From Minisyncoccia bacterium (GTDB taxonomy: Bacteria > Patescibacteriota > Minisyncoccia > Phycocordibacterales > UBA5272): DNA of 64,000 bases. A program made the translations under genes and the position numbers. The DNA is taken from assembly GCA_038326985.1 (NCBI GenBank), contig JBBQKQ010000002.1, forward strand, positions 2,978 to 66,977. Reading direction: 5' to 3'. Below, piece by piece: positions 1 through 10,090 of this stretch; positions within the stretch are counted from its first letter, which is position 1; every line of letters begins with the position of its first letter. The notes beneath the pieces were generated by a model. It was given only the letters and a program-made list of their open reading frames with translations, did no database searches and was not told the DNA's origin.

Positions 1-563
1 CAATTATGAATATTTTAGGATTGCTAGACACACCAACTTCAGGTAAATATTTTTTAGAAGGTCAGGATATTTCCGAGATTAATGATGTTTCGCAGGCAAG
101 TATTCGCGCAGACAAAATAGGTTTTGTATTTCAATCTTTTAATTTACTCTCCCGAACCTCAGTTCTTAGAAATGTTTCTTTGCCACTTATTTATAGAAGT
201 GTCCAAATGAGTATTAAAGAAAGAGAAGAAAAAGCGAAATATGCACTCGCGAGTGCTGGTTTTCCTGAAGACAAATGGGACAATAATAGCAACCAACTTT
301 CTGGAGGGCAAATTCAACGTGTTGCTATCGCACGAGCGCTAGTAAATGACCCAAGTATTATTTTAGCTGATGAGCCGACTGGAAACTTAGACTCTAAAAC
401 TTCCGATATTGTATTAAAAACTTTCCAAGATTTAAATAAAAAAGAAGGCCGAACAATTATTCTTATTACCCACGAGCACGACGTGGCAAAATATGCAGAT
501 AGAATTATTTATTTAAAAGATGGCGAAGTGGTTTCTGAAAATTATAAAATTAATAATATATGA
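1..563 (+). CDS. ABC transporter ATP-binding protein, MacB/LolD-like. 5' end truncated by the window edge.
   Basis: ABC signature LSGGQIQRVAIARAL, Walker B ILADEPTGNLD, H-loop ITHEHD. The ATGA overlaps the downstream permease gene. Confidence 0.85.
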   Translation, partial: IMNILGLLDTPTSGKYFLEGQDISEINDVSQASIRADKIGFVFQSFNLLSRTSVLRNVSLPLIYRSVQMSIKEREEKAKYALASAGFPEDKWDNNSNQLSGGQIQRVAIARALVNDPSIILADEPTGNLDSKTSDIVLKTFQDLNKKEGRTIILITHEHDVAKYADRIIYLKDGEVVSENYKINNI

Positions 564-1774
564 AAATAATTGATTTATACCACGAAACACGCACAAGTTT
601 ATTGTCTAATATGACAAGAACTGGGCTAACAATTTTAGGAATAGTTATTGGGATTGCATCTGTAATTGTCATGCTTGCTGTTGGGCAGGGTGCGCAAGAC
701 TCTATAAACTCTACCATAAATAGTTTGGGTTCAAATGTTATAACAATACGATCTGGTGGTGGAACAGGTCGCCCAGGAGAGGTAAACTCTGGTGCAGGAC
801 TACCATTAACTATTGACGATGCTTTAGCTATTAGAGATAAGGTTTTAATTGCAAAAGAAGTTTTACCAATTGTGCAAACTTCTCAACAAATAGTTTCTGG
901 TTCGGTAAATAGTAAATCAGCAGTTTTGGGAATTACCCCCAACTATGCAGACGTAAATAATATAAAAATTGACGAAGGTACTTTTATTACTGAAGCGCAG
1001 AATAGAAGTTTTTCAAAAGTAGTAGTTCTTGGTGCAACAGTAAAAGATAATTTATTTGGAACGGATAATGCAATAGGTAAACAAATAAAAATAAAAACTA
1101 ATTCATATATTGTAGTAGGAGTAGCTCTAGCAAAAGGTGGCGGTGGTTTTTCAAACCCTGACGAAAATATTTATATGCCTCTTACTACTGAAATGCAATA
1201 TTTAACAGGAGGAAATAATGTAGGAAATATTGTAGTTACTGCTGCTAAGTCTGAGGACTTAGCACAACTCCAAGAGGAGGTTACAACACTAATGCTAAAG
1301 CGTCATAAAATAGAAGACAAAACTCAGGCTGACTTTAGAATTATCAATCAAGCCGAGCTACTGTCTACTGCCTCGTCCATAACTTCTATTTTCACCATTT
1401 TACTTGGTAGTGTTGCAGGAATATCTCTTGTGGTAGGTGGGATTGGAATTATGAATATGATGCTAACTACGGTTCGTGAGCGCACAAAAGAAATTGGACT
1501 TCGAAAAGCAATAGGTGCACAAAAAAAAGATATTCAAAGTCAGTTTTTGGCCGAAGCAGTTGTAATAACAATGACTGGAGGCATAATTGGAATTATTTTA
1601 GGTTATTTACTTTCCGCCCTAATTACATATTCAGGATTAATTACAACTTCAGTTTCAACCTTTTCAGTTCTATTATCATTTACAGTATCAGCGGTTATAG
1701 GAATTGTTTTTGGATATTATCCGGCAAAAAAAGCTTCGGAACTCAATCCTATTGATGCCCTTAGATATGAATAA
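560..1774 (+). CDS. ABC transporter permease, FtsX/MacB family
   Basis: N-terminal TM helix, a large periplasmic MacB-like domain and C-terminal FtsX-type TM helices. Translationally coupled to the ATPase gene. Confidence 0.8.
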   Translation: MKIIDLYHETRTSLLSNMTRTGLTILGIVIGIASVIVMLAVGQGAQDSINSTINSLGSNVITIRSGGGTGRPGEVNSGAGLPLTIDDALAIRDKVLIAKEVLPIVQTSQQIVSGSVNSKSAVLGITPNYADVNNIKIDEGTFITEAQNRSFSKVVVLGATVKDNLFGTDNAIGKQIKIKTNSYIVVGVALAKGGGGFSNPDENIYMPLTTEMQYLTGGNNVGNIVVTAAKSEDLAQLQEEVTTLMLKRHKIEDKTQADFRIINQAELLSTASSITSIFTILLGSVAGISLVVGGIGIMNMMLTTVRERTKEIGLRKAIGAQKKDIQSQFLAEAVVITMTGGIIGIILGYLLSALITYSGLITTSVSTFSVLLSFTVSAVIGIVFGYYPAKKASELNPIDALRYE

Positions 1775-1788
1775 TTAATCCATAAAAG

Positions 1789-1817
1789 TTGATTTTGTGG
1801 AAATTATATTGTATAAT
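1789..1817 (+). promoter_or_regulatory. Sigma-70-like promoter: TTGATT, 17 nt spacer, TATAAT
   Basis: TTGATT at 1789-1794, a 17 nt spacer, TATAAT at 1812-1817, about 25 nt upstream of the ATG at 1842. Confidence 0.4.
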
Positions 1818-1841
1818 AATAAAAAATAAAATAATTTTTTT

Positions 1842-2432
1842 ATGAATAAGAAAGAATTATTTACTACTATAAGTAAAATAAAAAAACCAATGATTCTGGG
1901 AATTTCAGGTTTTGGAGGTTCTGGGAAATCTTCACTGGCAAAGGAGATTTGTTTAAAATTCTACATTCCTGTAATTAGTATTGACTCGTTTCAAACAAAA
2001 GGTTTATATGATTCTAAATACAAACTTTGGGAAATAATGGACTTTAAAAGATTAGAAAATTCTGTTTTAAAACCATTTTTAAATAAAGAAAAAATAATTC
2101 GTTACGAGAATTTTTATCCAAATTTAGAATGCATTACTGAAACTGTAATTTTAGAAAACAAAGGAAAAATAATAATCGAAGGTGTCGGATTGTTTCGCCC
2201 AGAACTTTTGAAATATTTTACCTATAAAATATGGGTTGATTGTGAAATGGAAACTGAAATACAAGAGGAAAAAAAAGGGATAACAAACATGGTAGAAAAT
2301 CTGTTGATAATTTGTGGGACACTATTTGGATGCAAAATGATTATGAATATTTTGATGTTTTTAAACCAAAAGAACAAGCGGATTTTGTATATGATAATAA
2401 TTTGGAGAAATAAAAACTTGGTGTATACTTGA
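1842..2432 (+). CDS. P-loop nucleoside/nucleotide kinase, uridine kinase/PRK-like. The C-terminal ~45 aa look unnatural and a frameshift is possible.
   Basis: Walker A motif ILGISGFGGSGKSSLAKEI near the N-terminus. The tail follows an A8 homopolymer at ~2270 and is Cys/Met/Ile-rich nonsense-like. Confidence 0.45.
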   Translation: MNKKELFTTISKIKKPMILGISGFGGSGKSSLAKEICLKFYIPVISIDSFQTKGLYDSKYKLWEIMDFKRLENSVLKPFLNKEKIIRYENFYPNLECITETVILENKGKIIIEGVGLFRPELLKYFTYKIWVDCEMETEIQEEKKGITNMVENLLIICGTLFGCKMIMNILMFLNQKNKRILYMIIIWRNKNLVYT

Positions 2433-2457
2433 TATCAAATAAATTATAAATAAATAT

Positions 2458-3834
2458 ATGCAAACAAAATTTAAAGGTCTTGGTCAGCTTTGGGGAGTGA
2501 AAGTAGTTTTGTTGGCTATTGTTTTTTGTTCAGGAGTTTACTCTGGAAGATATGTTTTTCCTGTTCAGACAGTTTCTGCTCAAAATGCATCTACAAGTAT
2601 TTACTCAATGGGAACTGTAAACATCCAGCTTCCAAAAGAAATGCAGCTCTACCAAGACGTAAAGAAAATCTTAGATGATAAGTTTATAAAAGCAGGAGAT
2701 GTAACTGAGCAAAATAAAGCCTATGGTTCTATTCAAGGTTTGATAAATAGTTACGGTGACCCTTACACAGCATTTTTCCCACCCACTCAAGCCAAAGAGT
2801 TTAAGTCTGTAGTAGCAGGTTCGTTTTCAGGAGTTGGAATGGAGGTGGCTTTAAAAGAAGGTGTTATAACTGTAATATCTCCACTTAAAAAGTCTCCCGC
2901 AGAAAAAGCAGGTATCAAACCTGATGATAAAATCTTAAAAATAAATGGTACAAGTACTGAAGGTATGCAGACTGACGTAGCAGTTTCACTTATCCGTGGT
3001 GAAAAGGGAACTCCGGTAACTCTGTCAATTTTTAGAAAAAGTGATAACAAACCAAGAGAAATAACAATTATCCGTGACACTATTGATCTTCCAATTATTG
3101 AAACAGATAATACTAAAAAAGATGCCTTTGTTATTTCTGTTGCTTCATTTTCTGAGCATTCAGCTGAAAAATTCCAAATAGCACTTCAAGAATTTGCCAC
3201 TAGTAAAAAGAAAAATTTGATTATTGACCTTCGAAATAATCCAGGAGGATATTTAGAAGCTGCTGTACTTATTTCTTCTTTTTTCTTTCCATCGGATAAA
3301 TTAATAGTTAGTGAGGATTTTACAAGAACTGGAAATAAAAATGTTCACAATAGTAAAGGCTTTAATGCTATTCCGAGTGATGTTCATATTGTAATACTTG
3401 TTAACAAAGGTTCTGCTTCGGCTTCTGAGATAACAGCTGGTGCGTTTCAAGACTATGGTAGAGCACTAATAATGGGTGAGCAATCATTTGGTAAAGGTTC
3501 TGTACAAGAATACATTGAGCTTCCAAGTGGAGAGTCATTAAAAGTAACCGTTGCTCGCTGGCTTACACCATTAGGCCACACTATTTCTCAAGTCGGAATA
3601 ACTCCAGATATTGTTGTTGCTCAAAAAGAAATGAAAAAGAAAGGTGGACCCGACAGTGTTTTAGATGCTGCGCTAAACGTACTTAAAAACTGGGAGTCAT
3701 ATTCAAAGTATTCAGCACTAAATAAGTCACAGTATGACTTTGATAAAAAAGCTTTGGTCCCTAGTGCTACATCAACTACGTCATTGTTCAACGCGTCTAC
3801 CTCAAGTTCTTCGGTTCAGATACAAGTCAAGTAA
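2458..3834 (+). CDS. C-terminal processing peptidase (S41, Tsp/CtpA family) with PDZ domain
   Basis: Signal/TM N-terminus, a PDZ region (GVGMEV...), S41 motifs LRNNPGGYLEAAV and NKGSASASEI, and a Ser/Thr-rich tail. Confidence 0.8.
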   Translation: MQTKFKGLGQLWGVKVVLLAIVFCSGVYSGRYVFPVQTVSAQNASTSIYSMGTVNIQLPKEMQLYQDVKKILDDKFIKAGDVTEQNKAYGSIQGLINSYGDPYTAFFPPTQAKEFKSVVAGSFSGVGMEVALKEGVITVISPLKKSPAEKAGIKPDDKILKINGTSTEGMQTDVAVSLIRGEKGTPVTLSIFRKSDNKPREITIIRDTIDLPIIETDNTKKDAFVISVASFSEHSAEKFQIALQEFATSKKKNLIIDLRNNPGGYLEAAVLISSFFFPSDKLIVSEDFTRTGNKNVHNSKGFNAIPSDVHIVILVNKGSASASEITAGAFQDYGRALIMGEQSFGKGSVQEYIELPSGESLKVTVARWLTPLGHTISQVGITPDIVVAQKEMKKKGGPDSVLDAALNVLKNWESYSKYSALNKSQYDFDKKALVPSATSTTSLFNASTSSSSVQIQVK

Positions 3835-3845
3835 TTTATTAAAAA

Positions 3846-3872
3846 ACAGCTATCAAAACTAGCTGTTTTTTT
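3846..3872 (+). terminator. Rho-independent terminator after the S41 peptidase gene
   Basis: Hairpin ACAGCTA-tcaaaac-TAGCTGT followed by T7. It shares the AAAACAGCTAT...ATAGCTGTTTTTTT core with the terminator after rpoC. Confidence 0.55.
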
Positions 3873-3891
3873 ATGTTATAATAAACCATAT

Positions 3892-4326
3892 ATGAAAATA
3901 CTTTTCTTAAAAAATGTACCAAGAGTAGGTCAAGTTGGGGAGGTGAAAGAAGTTGCACAAGGACATGCGAATTTTATTTTAAAAAGTGGAGCAGGAATTG
4001 TTGCGACAGATTCTATCCTAAAGCAACACATAAAGAAAATCGAAGAAGCGTCTATGAAAGCTAAAGGTGAAGAAAGTATGGCTCATGAAATTGCCAAGCG
4101 TGTAGATGGCAAAATATTTAGAATTATGGGTGGTGCAAACAGTAAAGGTAGCCTTTATAAAGCTTTCAAAAAGCACGACGTGCAAGAAGCCATCACTAAA
4201 GAAATTATAGTTGCTGTACCTGAGAATTTTTTAGAAGATGTAAATTTAAAGCTTACAGGTAAACACAAATTAAACCTTGTTTACAAAGGAAAAATTTTAA
4301 CTACTTTTGAAATTGAAATAGTCTAA
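3892..4326 (+). CDS. rplI: 50S ribosomal protein L9
   Basis: N-terminus MKILFLKNVPRVGQVGEVKEV...ANFIL matches the L9 N-domain consensus (M.viLL.dV..lG..G..V.V..GYARNFL). Length 144 aa fits L9. Confidence 0.75.
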   Translation: MKILFLKNVPRVGQVGEVKEVAQGHANFILKSGAGIVATDSILKQHIKKIEEASMKAKGEESMAHEIAKRVDGKIFRIMGGANSKGSLYKAFKKHDVQEAITKEIIVAVPENFLEDVNLKLTGKHKLNLVYKGKILTTFEIEIV

Positions 4327-5019
4327 ATTTAGTTTTTTAGTTGAAGTTGCAATTTGAGCTTTGATTTCTTTAGGTAAAAGCTTGTCAATATCAACTTTTG
4401 TGGCAAGTCCAACGTGGACTTTTTTATCAATGACAATTGCTGGTAGCTGGTCAGGTTTTATTCCATAAATATTTCCGAAAGTTTTTATAATAGGTAAATC
4501 CAGGTTATAGTCTATAGAATAAACACGGAGTTTCTCATAGTCGTTACGTAAAGAAGTAAGTGCTTCCCCAGTCCCTACACATTTTGGACACACATCGGCA
4601 TTACCATAAAAGTAAATTATAAAGGTTGGTTTTTTACCGCAGTTTTCAGCTACTTTTTTTGAAAGTAGGTAGTCTTTTATTAAAAGTATGGTATATCTTT
4701 TTTTTGCGATCAATATTCTCTGATCCTCTTGGTTGGTGTTTTCTAAGATACTAAGTTTTTCTGCCAAGTCACCAATTTCTTTAGTAAGAGTAGTTTGGTT
4801 CTGAGTATCAAGATTATCACACGAAGCCTCCCTAACGATATCATTTTCAGTTTCAGATGCTAAGATTGATAGTGAGATATTATCCTCAACACTTTGAATA
4901 TTCTCTAATTTTTTTGAAGTTAAAAAGCTGGATGCTAAAAAACCTGTTATGAAGATCATTCCCGTAATAACAAGTGCAACTATATATCTTCGATAATTAA
5001 AATTAGTATTATTTGGCAT
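4297..5019 (-). CDS. Membrane-anchored thioredoxin-fold protein with a CPKC motif
   Basis: N-terminal TM helix, a coiled-coil-like middle, and a C-terminal region FYGNADVCPKCVG with a CxxC motif on a thioredoxin-like scaffold. Confidence 0.4.
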   Translation of the reverse strand: MPNNTNFNYRRYIVALVITGMIFITGFLASSFLTSKKLENIQSVEDNISLSILASETENDIVREASCDNLDTQNQTTLTKEIGDLAEKLSILENTNQEDQRILIAKKRYTILLIKDYLLSKKVAENCGKKPTFIIYFYGNADVCPKCVGTGEALTSLRNDYEKLRVYSIDYNLDLPIIKTFGNIYGIKPDQLPAIVIDKKVHVGLATKVDIDKLLPKEIKAQIATSTKKLNLDYFNFKSS

Positions 5020-5053
5020 ATTTGTATTTTTGTAATTATATCATAAAATTAAA

Positions 5054-5087
5054 GACCCCTCTTAACCTCCCCTTGGTAAGGGGAGGG
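5054..5087. repeat. Palindromic repeat family copy a, intergenic: GACCCCTCTTAACCTCCCCTTGGTAAGGGGAGGG
   Basis: Stem CCTCCCCTT / AAGGGGAGG with a 3 nt loop. It sits immediately 3' of the minus-strand GT2 gene stop and is near-identical to the copies at 19314 and 27347. Confidence 0.8.
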
Positions 5088-5094
5088 AAAATTC

Positions 5095-6381
5095 CTATCT
5101 CCACTCTCCAGCACGTTTTGTGAGAGTATTATAAAGTGCTCGAGCAAACCACCAAGGAACAATAAACTCCCATAAGAACATATAATAAAGTATGTAATGT
5201 AGTTTGCGGTTTTCTTTAAGTGAAAGATGATGTCCCATAAGCATAAAAATTATTCCAGAGACCAGAACTGGAACTACAAGAAAATATAGAAAATCTGTTC
5301 GAAAATATATTTTCATAAACATATCTATTAAGTCATAATGGTGAAAAATCATATCTAGTTTTAAAACCTGCCAAGTTTGGTAAAGGTGAATTATCTTTTT
5401 AACAAAAGTGTAGATAGTAAACAAGGCGATATATAAAACCATAACAACTCCCACCCATCCCAGAGGAATTGTAAGCATTGCAACATTGCCATATTTTGGA
5501 CGAAGTATCATATCTTTGTAATCTAAAGAGTTTTGCATGAATCCTTGGGTCCAACGAAGTCTTTGTTTATAAAGCTTGTAAAAAGTATCGGGTGTAGAAG
5601 TTTCAACATAGGCATCGGTAGCAGATACAATTTTCATAAAATTTTTTTGCATACGAAAAGTTATTTCCATGTCTTCGGTATTGTGCGCCGGTTTATAACC
5701 GCCAATTTTTTCAAACACTACACGTCTAAAAAGTGAAAATGGACCAGGTGTAACATGTATTCCATTTATCGCAGAAAATATTCTTTTTAATAGTAGTCCA
5801 AAATTGTACTCTACACTTTGTATTGCTTGAAGGATATTTTCTGGTTTACGTACCACCATCATTGGAGTAACTGCCATCACCTCTTTATTTTCTTCGAATG
5901 GTATGAGCATATTTTTTAAAGCGTCAGGAAAAACAAAAGAGTCAGCATCTAGACATCCAAATATTTCACAGTCAGGGTTTTTCTCAAGCACAAAATTTAA
6001 AACTGTGTGTTTCCCACCATTTTCTTTTTGAAGAACAATAAGTTGGTCAAACTTGTCATATTTTTCCTTGCAGTTTTTAAGAATTTCAAAAGTATTGTCT
6101 TTAGACCCATCGTCAACTGCCCAGATTTTAAATTTGTATTTTGGATAATTTATTGCCAAAAGCGAAAGAATAGTTTTTTCTACCGTCTTACTTTCATTCC
6201 AGCAGGGTACTGCAATTACAACTTCTGGATAGTAGGTTAAGTTTTTTTCTTTTGTTGAAGCAAAAATAGTGTCCCATTCTTCAAAAAGTACAATCAACAA
6301 ATACACTTGTACGTAAAGGGCAATAAAGGTAAATAAATAAATTGGGTAAACCTCCATAAATTTGTCTGTATTATACAACAA
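5095..6381 (-). CDS. Processive family-2 glycosyltransferase (cellulose/chitin/PNAG synthase-like), integral membrane
   Basis: GT2 motifs AVPCWNES...DDGSKDNT and DAD, the QRLRWTQG (QxxRW) processivity motif, and multiple TM helices flanking the catalytic domain. Confidence 0.75.
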   Translation of the reverse strand: MLYNTDKFMEVYPIYLFTFIALYVQVYLLIVLFEEWDTIFASTKEKNLTYYPEVVIAVPCWNESKTVEKTILSLLAINYPKYKFKIWAVDDGSKDNTFEILKNCKEKYDKFDQLIVLQKENGGKHTVLNFVLEKNPDCEIFGCLDADSFVFPDALKNMLIPFEENKEVMAVTPMMVVRKPENILQAIQSVEYNFGLLLKRIFSAINGIHVTPGPFSLFRRVVFEKIGGYKPAHNTEDMEITFRMQKNFMKIVSATDAYVETSTPDTFYKLYKQRLRWTQGFMQNSLDYKDMILRPKYGNVAMLTIPLGWVGVVMVLYIALFTIYTFVKKIIHLYQTWQVLKLDMIFHHYDLIDMFMKIYFRTDFLYFLVVPVLVSGIIFMLMGHHLSLKENRKLHYILYYMFLWEFIVPWWFARALYNTLTKRAGEWR

Positions 6382-6406
6382 AAGTTGATATTTTTCTAGA
6401 TTAAAA

Positions 6407-7195
6407 ATGAGTAGATATTGTGTTATTATATCTAATATGCAAGAAAAAAAAGTCGGTCATTTACACCCAATGTCTTTGATAATAAACTGTGTAACCGAAA
6501 TATTTCAAAAAATTGGTTTTCGAGTAGTAGATGGACCAGAGCTCGAGACAGAGTGGTATAACTTTGATGCCCTAAACGTTTCAAAAGACCACCCAGCTCG
6601 AGACATGCAGGACACTTTTTGGATAGAAACTAAAGATGGAAGTAGAAAAGTTTTAAGAACACAAACTTCTAACATGCAAATAAGAAGTATGGAAGAATGG
6701 GTAAAAACAGATATGTCCGAACCCCTTGCTATTATTGCTCCAGGAAAAGTTTATAGAAATGAGGCGACGGACGCTACGCACGAAGCAAACTTTTACCAAT
6801 TAGAGGGTTTATTTGTAGATAAAAAAGAGCATGTTTCTGTGGGGAATTTGAAATGGGTTATAGAGAAAATGCTTACCGATTTATTTAATAGACCAATAAG
6901 TATTCGTTTTCGCTCATCATACTTTCCATTCGTTGAGCCCGCACTTGAGGTGGACATGTCTTGTTTTCGTTGTGATGGTGCAGGGTGTAGTACGTGTAAA
7001 CAAAGTGGTTATATTGAGCTTGGAGGAAGTGGAATGGTACATCCAAATACTTTGAACATGTGTGGTATAGATAGTTTAAAATACTCAGGCTTCGCATTTG
7101 GTTTTGGTATTGATAGAATAATAATGATGCTTTACGGGGTGGAAGATATTCGACTTCTTTATAATGGTGACATGAGGTTCACGAGTCAATTTTAA
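6407..7195 (+). CDS. pheS: Phenylalanine--tRNA ligase alpha subunit, short form
   Basis: Class II aaRS motifs: HPARDMQDTFW, QTSNMQIRSM, APGKVYRNEATDATHEANFYQLEG and FPFVEPALEVD. Confidence 0.85.
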   Translation: MSRYCVIISNMQEKKVGHLHPMSLIINCVTEIFQKIGFRVVDGPELETEWYNFDALNVSKDHPARDMQDTFWIETKDGSRKVLRTQTSNMQIRSMEEWVKTDMSEPLAIIAPGKVYRNEATDATHEANFYQLEGLFVDKKEHVSVGNLKWVIEKMLTDLFNRPISIRFRSSYFPFVEPALEVDMSCFRCDGAGCSTCKQSGYIELGGSGMVHPNTLNMCGIDSLKYSGFAFGFGIDRIIMMLYGVEDIRLLYNGDMRFTSQF

Positions 7196-7207
7196 ATAAA
7201 TAACAAC

Positions 7208-9163
7208 ATGAAAAGATATAGTAAAAAGTGGATGCAAACGTTTGTCGAAGGAAAATTTCCTGAAGACGACAAAATAATAATCGAAGAACTTTCTAAAAAA
7301 AGTTTTGAAGTTGAAAGTGTTGAAATGAGTGCGGATGGCGATAGTCTATTTGAAATAAAAGTTTTACCAAATAGAGTATCCGATGCGATGAGTTTAAGAG
7401 GAATGGCTAGAGAGTTTTCTGCGGTGTTTGATTTGAAATGGAATGATAAAAATATCCCAGATATAAATTTAGAAGATTTTAAATTAAATAATGAATTTTA
7501 CTCACCTCTTTTTTCTCCTCTTTCCCGACGTGAAGAAATGCCAATTTATATATTTTCCGGTGTAAAAGTAAATAATTTTGATAACTCTAAAGAAACACCT
7601 GAGTGGTTAAAAGATATAATACTAAAATGCGGTGGAAGGTCAATAAATTTATTGGTAGATATTACAAATCTGATGCTATTTTCTTTTGGCCAACCTGCAC
7701 ACGTTTTCGACTTTGAGAAACTAAACGGTAAAATAGTTACAAGGTTTGCAAATAATGAAGAAGAGATAGAACTTTTAGGAGGAAAAATCGGCGACAAAAA
7801 AATAACTTTGACAACTGATGACTTTGTAATTGCTGATGAAAAACAAGCATTGTCGCTAGCGGGTATAAAAGGTGGGAAAGCAGCTGAGGTAGATAAAAAT
7901 ACTAAAAATGCTTTTTTTGAACTAGCAAACTTTAATGGAACTATGATTCGTAAAACTACTCAAAGGTTAGGAATTCGAACAGACGCATCTAAAATTTTTG
8001 AAAATGGAATAACAATATATAAAACTGAAAATGTTTTAAAAATACTTTTATCAACTATAAAAGAAATGGATAAAAATGCAGAAGTAGAGTTTATTGTAAA
8101 TCAAAAATTTGAAAATAAATCTCCAAAATGGGTAGAAACAACTCTGGCTCATATAGAAAATTATGCTGGAATTCCTTTGGGAGCAGAAAAAGTTGTTGAG
8201 CTGCTAAAAAAGCAAAACTTCGAAGTAGATACGGATGAGTCAGGTGCAAATTTTAAAGTTAAGGGTACGGATGAGCGCTTGGACATAAATATCGCAGAAG
8301 ACATAGCTGAAGAAGTTTTGAGACTTTATGGCTTTGACAATATTGGAAGTAAGGCATTAAATCTTCCAATAACAACTTCACACAACAAACGTTTTTTGCT
8401 TGAAAACTTCTTAAAAATAAAATTAATGGATTTAGGTTATACCGAAATTTTTAACTATACTTTTGTTGATAGTGGCGAAGTAAAGTTGAAGGCGGGACTA
8501 GCAGAAGATAAAATGTTTTTAAGAGACAACTTATTTTCAGGTGCACAAAAAGCTTTAGTAAAAAATTATAACTATTTACCTATACTTGAAATTGAAGTTG
8601 TAAAATTTTTCGAAATGGGATCAGTTTTCTTTGAGGGTAGAGAAGAAAAATATTTGGTTATAGTACAAGAAGATAATAAAAAGAAAACTAAATACTTAGA
8701 AAACATAAAAGAAGACTTAAAAAGCATCTTGCTAGAGTTGGGGGTGGAATTTAAAGTTGTAAAAGAGTCTGAAAATCCTGCAATTTTAGAAATTTCTTTA
8801 GATGAGATTTTAAAAGAATTAAATAATAAAAATACTCAAGTTCCATATTTGAAAATTGAAAAAGATTTGCAATTAATAAAATATTTCCCAATCTCTATCT
8901 ATCCTTTTATTGTTCGTGATGTTGCAATTTGGGTAGATAGTAATTTTGGATTTGAAAATTTAAAACAAGATATACCAAAATTAAATTTACAAAATTTTGT
9001 AAAAGTTTATATGTTTGATAGTTTTGAAAAAGAAGGGAGAAAGTCCGTAGCTTTTAGAATCATTTTTCAATCGCCTGAAAGGACCTTGACGGACACAGAA
9101 GTAGAAACAGAAATGCAAAAAATTAATAACTATTTAAAGAAAAATAATTTTGAGATAAGATAA
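7208..9163 (+). CDS. pheT: Phenylalanine--tRNA ligase beta subunit, short 651 aa form
   Basis: Directly downstream of pheS. B3/B4 and B5-like regions, and a C-terminal FDX-ACB-like segment FDSFEKEGRKSVAFRIIFQSPERTLTD. Confidence 0.8.
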   Translation: MKRYSKKWMQTFVEGKFPEDDKIIIEELSKKSFEVESVEMSADGDSLFEIKVLPNRVSDAMSLRGMAREFSAVFDLKWNDKNIPDINLEDFKLNNEFYSPLFSPLSRREEMPIYIFSGVKVNNFDNSKETPEWLKDIILKCGGRSINLLVDITNLMLFSFGQPAHVFDFEKLNGKIVTRFANNEEEIELLGGKIGDKKITLTTDDFVIADEKQALSLAGIKGGKAAEVDKNTKNAFFELANFNGTMIRKTTQRLGIRTDASKIFENGITIYKTENVLKILLSTIKEMDKNAEVEFIVNQKFENKSPKWVETTLAHIENYAGIPLGAEKVVELLKKQNFEVDTDESGANFKVKGTDERLDINIAEDIAEEVLRLYGFDNIGSKALNLPITTSHNKRFLLENFLKIKLMDLGYTEIFNYTFVDSGEVKLKAGLAEDKMFLRDNLFSGAQKALVKNYNYLPILEIEVVKFFEMGSVFFEGREEKYLVIVQEDNKKKTKYLENIKEDLKSILLELGVEFKVVKESENPAILEISLDEILKELNNKNTQVPYLKIEKDLQLIKYFPISIYPFIVRDVAIWVDSNFGFENLKQDIPKLNLQNFVKVYMFDSFEKEGRKSVAFRIIFQSPERTLTDTEVETEMQKINNYLKKNNFEIR

Positions 9164-9169
9164 TGATTT

Positions 9170-10090
9170 ATGATAGAAAAAATTTTGACACCTAAAAAGC
9201 CAGAAGAAATTTTTAAAAATATTGAGTATAGAACCCCGTTTCCTTCAAATCCCGAAATGCAAACTTTTATTCTTGGTAAACATGAAAATATACCACCAGA
9301 ATTTGGCTGGAGTTTAAGAGGGGTAAAGACTGTTGAAGATTTGTATAAACCAGAAAGAATTCACGTATTAAATTTTTTAGTGGATTTTGCCAAAAAAACA
9401 AAAATAAGAAATTTCTTTTCACCAGTCTCTGACCCACAAAATGGTTACATTTCAGAAAATAGGGATTTTGAAAATAAAATTGAAATTGGCAAAGATGATA
9501 ATGACGAATCCATTTTTTTACATAGAAGTCAAAAAAATCTTGAAGGTTGTGAAATTATAAAAGGAGAAATGTTTATTACTACTACAGCAGACTGTTTAAC
9601 ACTTATAATAAAAACAAAAAAAGAACCAGTAAGAGTTTTTGCTATGCATGCTGGGAGAGAAACAATTTTTGATATTAATAATCCAAAAAGACCAACACTG
9701 ATGGAAAATGTAATTTCAATGGCAAAAAGAATAGGCTATGATCCAACGGATTTGGAAATTTATAGTTCTTTTGGAGTTGCTCCCACAGAAAATTTTCTTC
9801 ATGATGAAGAAAGTGGTACTCATGCAAAAATAAATAAATCTCGACGTGAATTTATTGAAAAAAAAGGATGGAACGATGTTTATTCAAATGGGTATCTAAA
9901 TCTTTACAAAATGATTGAGAATGGGTTTAAAGATAAGGGTGTTCCTAGTTCAAATATTACATCAGATATGAGTTTAGATACACTAACTGCTAAAGATGAA
10001 TCTGGTGAAAGTAGATTTTTTAGTAATAGGCGAGATTCAGGTGAATTGGCTGGAAAAGGTAGAAATCTCTCTGCTTTTGTGTGGTTATAG
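9170..10090 (+). CDS. YfiH/PgeF (DUF152) family purine nucleoside phosphorylase / peptidoglycan editing factor-like protein
   Basis: ITTTADCLTLII...VFAMHAGRE matches the ADC...HAGWRG core. The C-terminus FFSNRRD...GRNLSAFVWL matches the family end FSYRRD..GR...IWL. Confidence 0.6.
   Translation: MIEKILTPKKPEEIFKNIEYRTPFPSNPEMQTFILGKHENIPPEFGWSLRGVKTVEDLYKPERIHVLNFLVDFAKKTKIRNFFSPVSDPQNGYISENRDFENKIEIGKDDNDESIFLHRSQKNLEGCEIIKGEMFITTTADCLTLIIKTKKEPVRVFAMHAGRETIFDINNPKRPTLMENVISMAKRIGYDPTDLEIYSSFGVAPTENFLHDEESGTHAKINKSRREFIEKKGWNDVYSNGYLNLYKMIENGFKDKGVPSSNITSDMSLDTLTAKDESGESRFFSNRRDSGELAGKGRNLSAFVWL

Noticed and set aside
1245-1262. 7 bp perfect palindrome CTAAGTC-tgag-GACTTAG inside the ABC permease gene as another mobile repeat
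   Set aside because: No similarity to the GACCCC...CCTCCCCTT family, and it is AT-rich. A single 7 bp palindrome in 64 kb is expected by chance.
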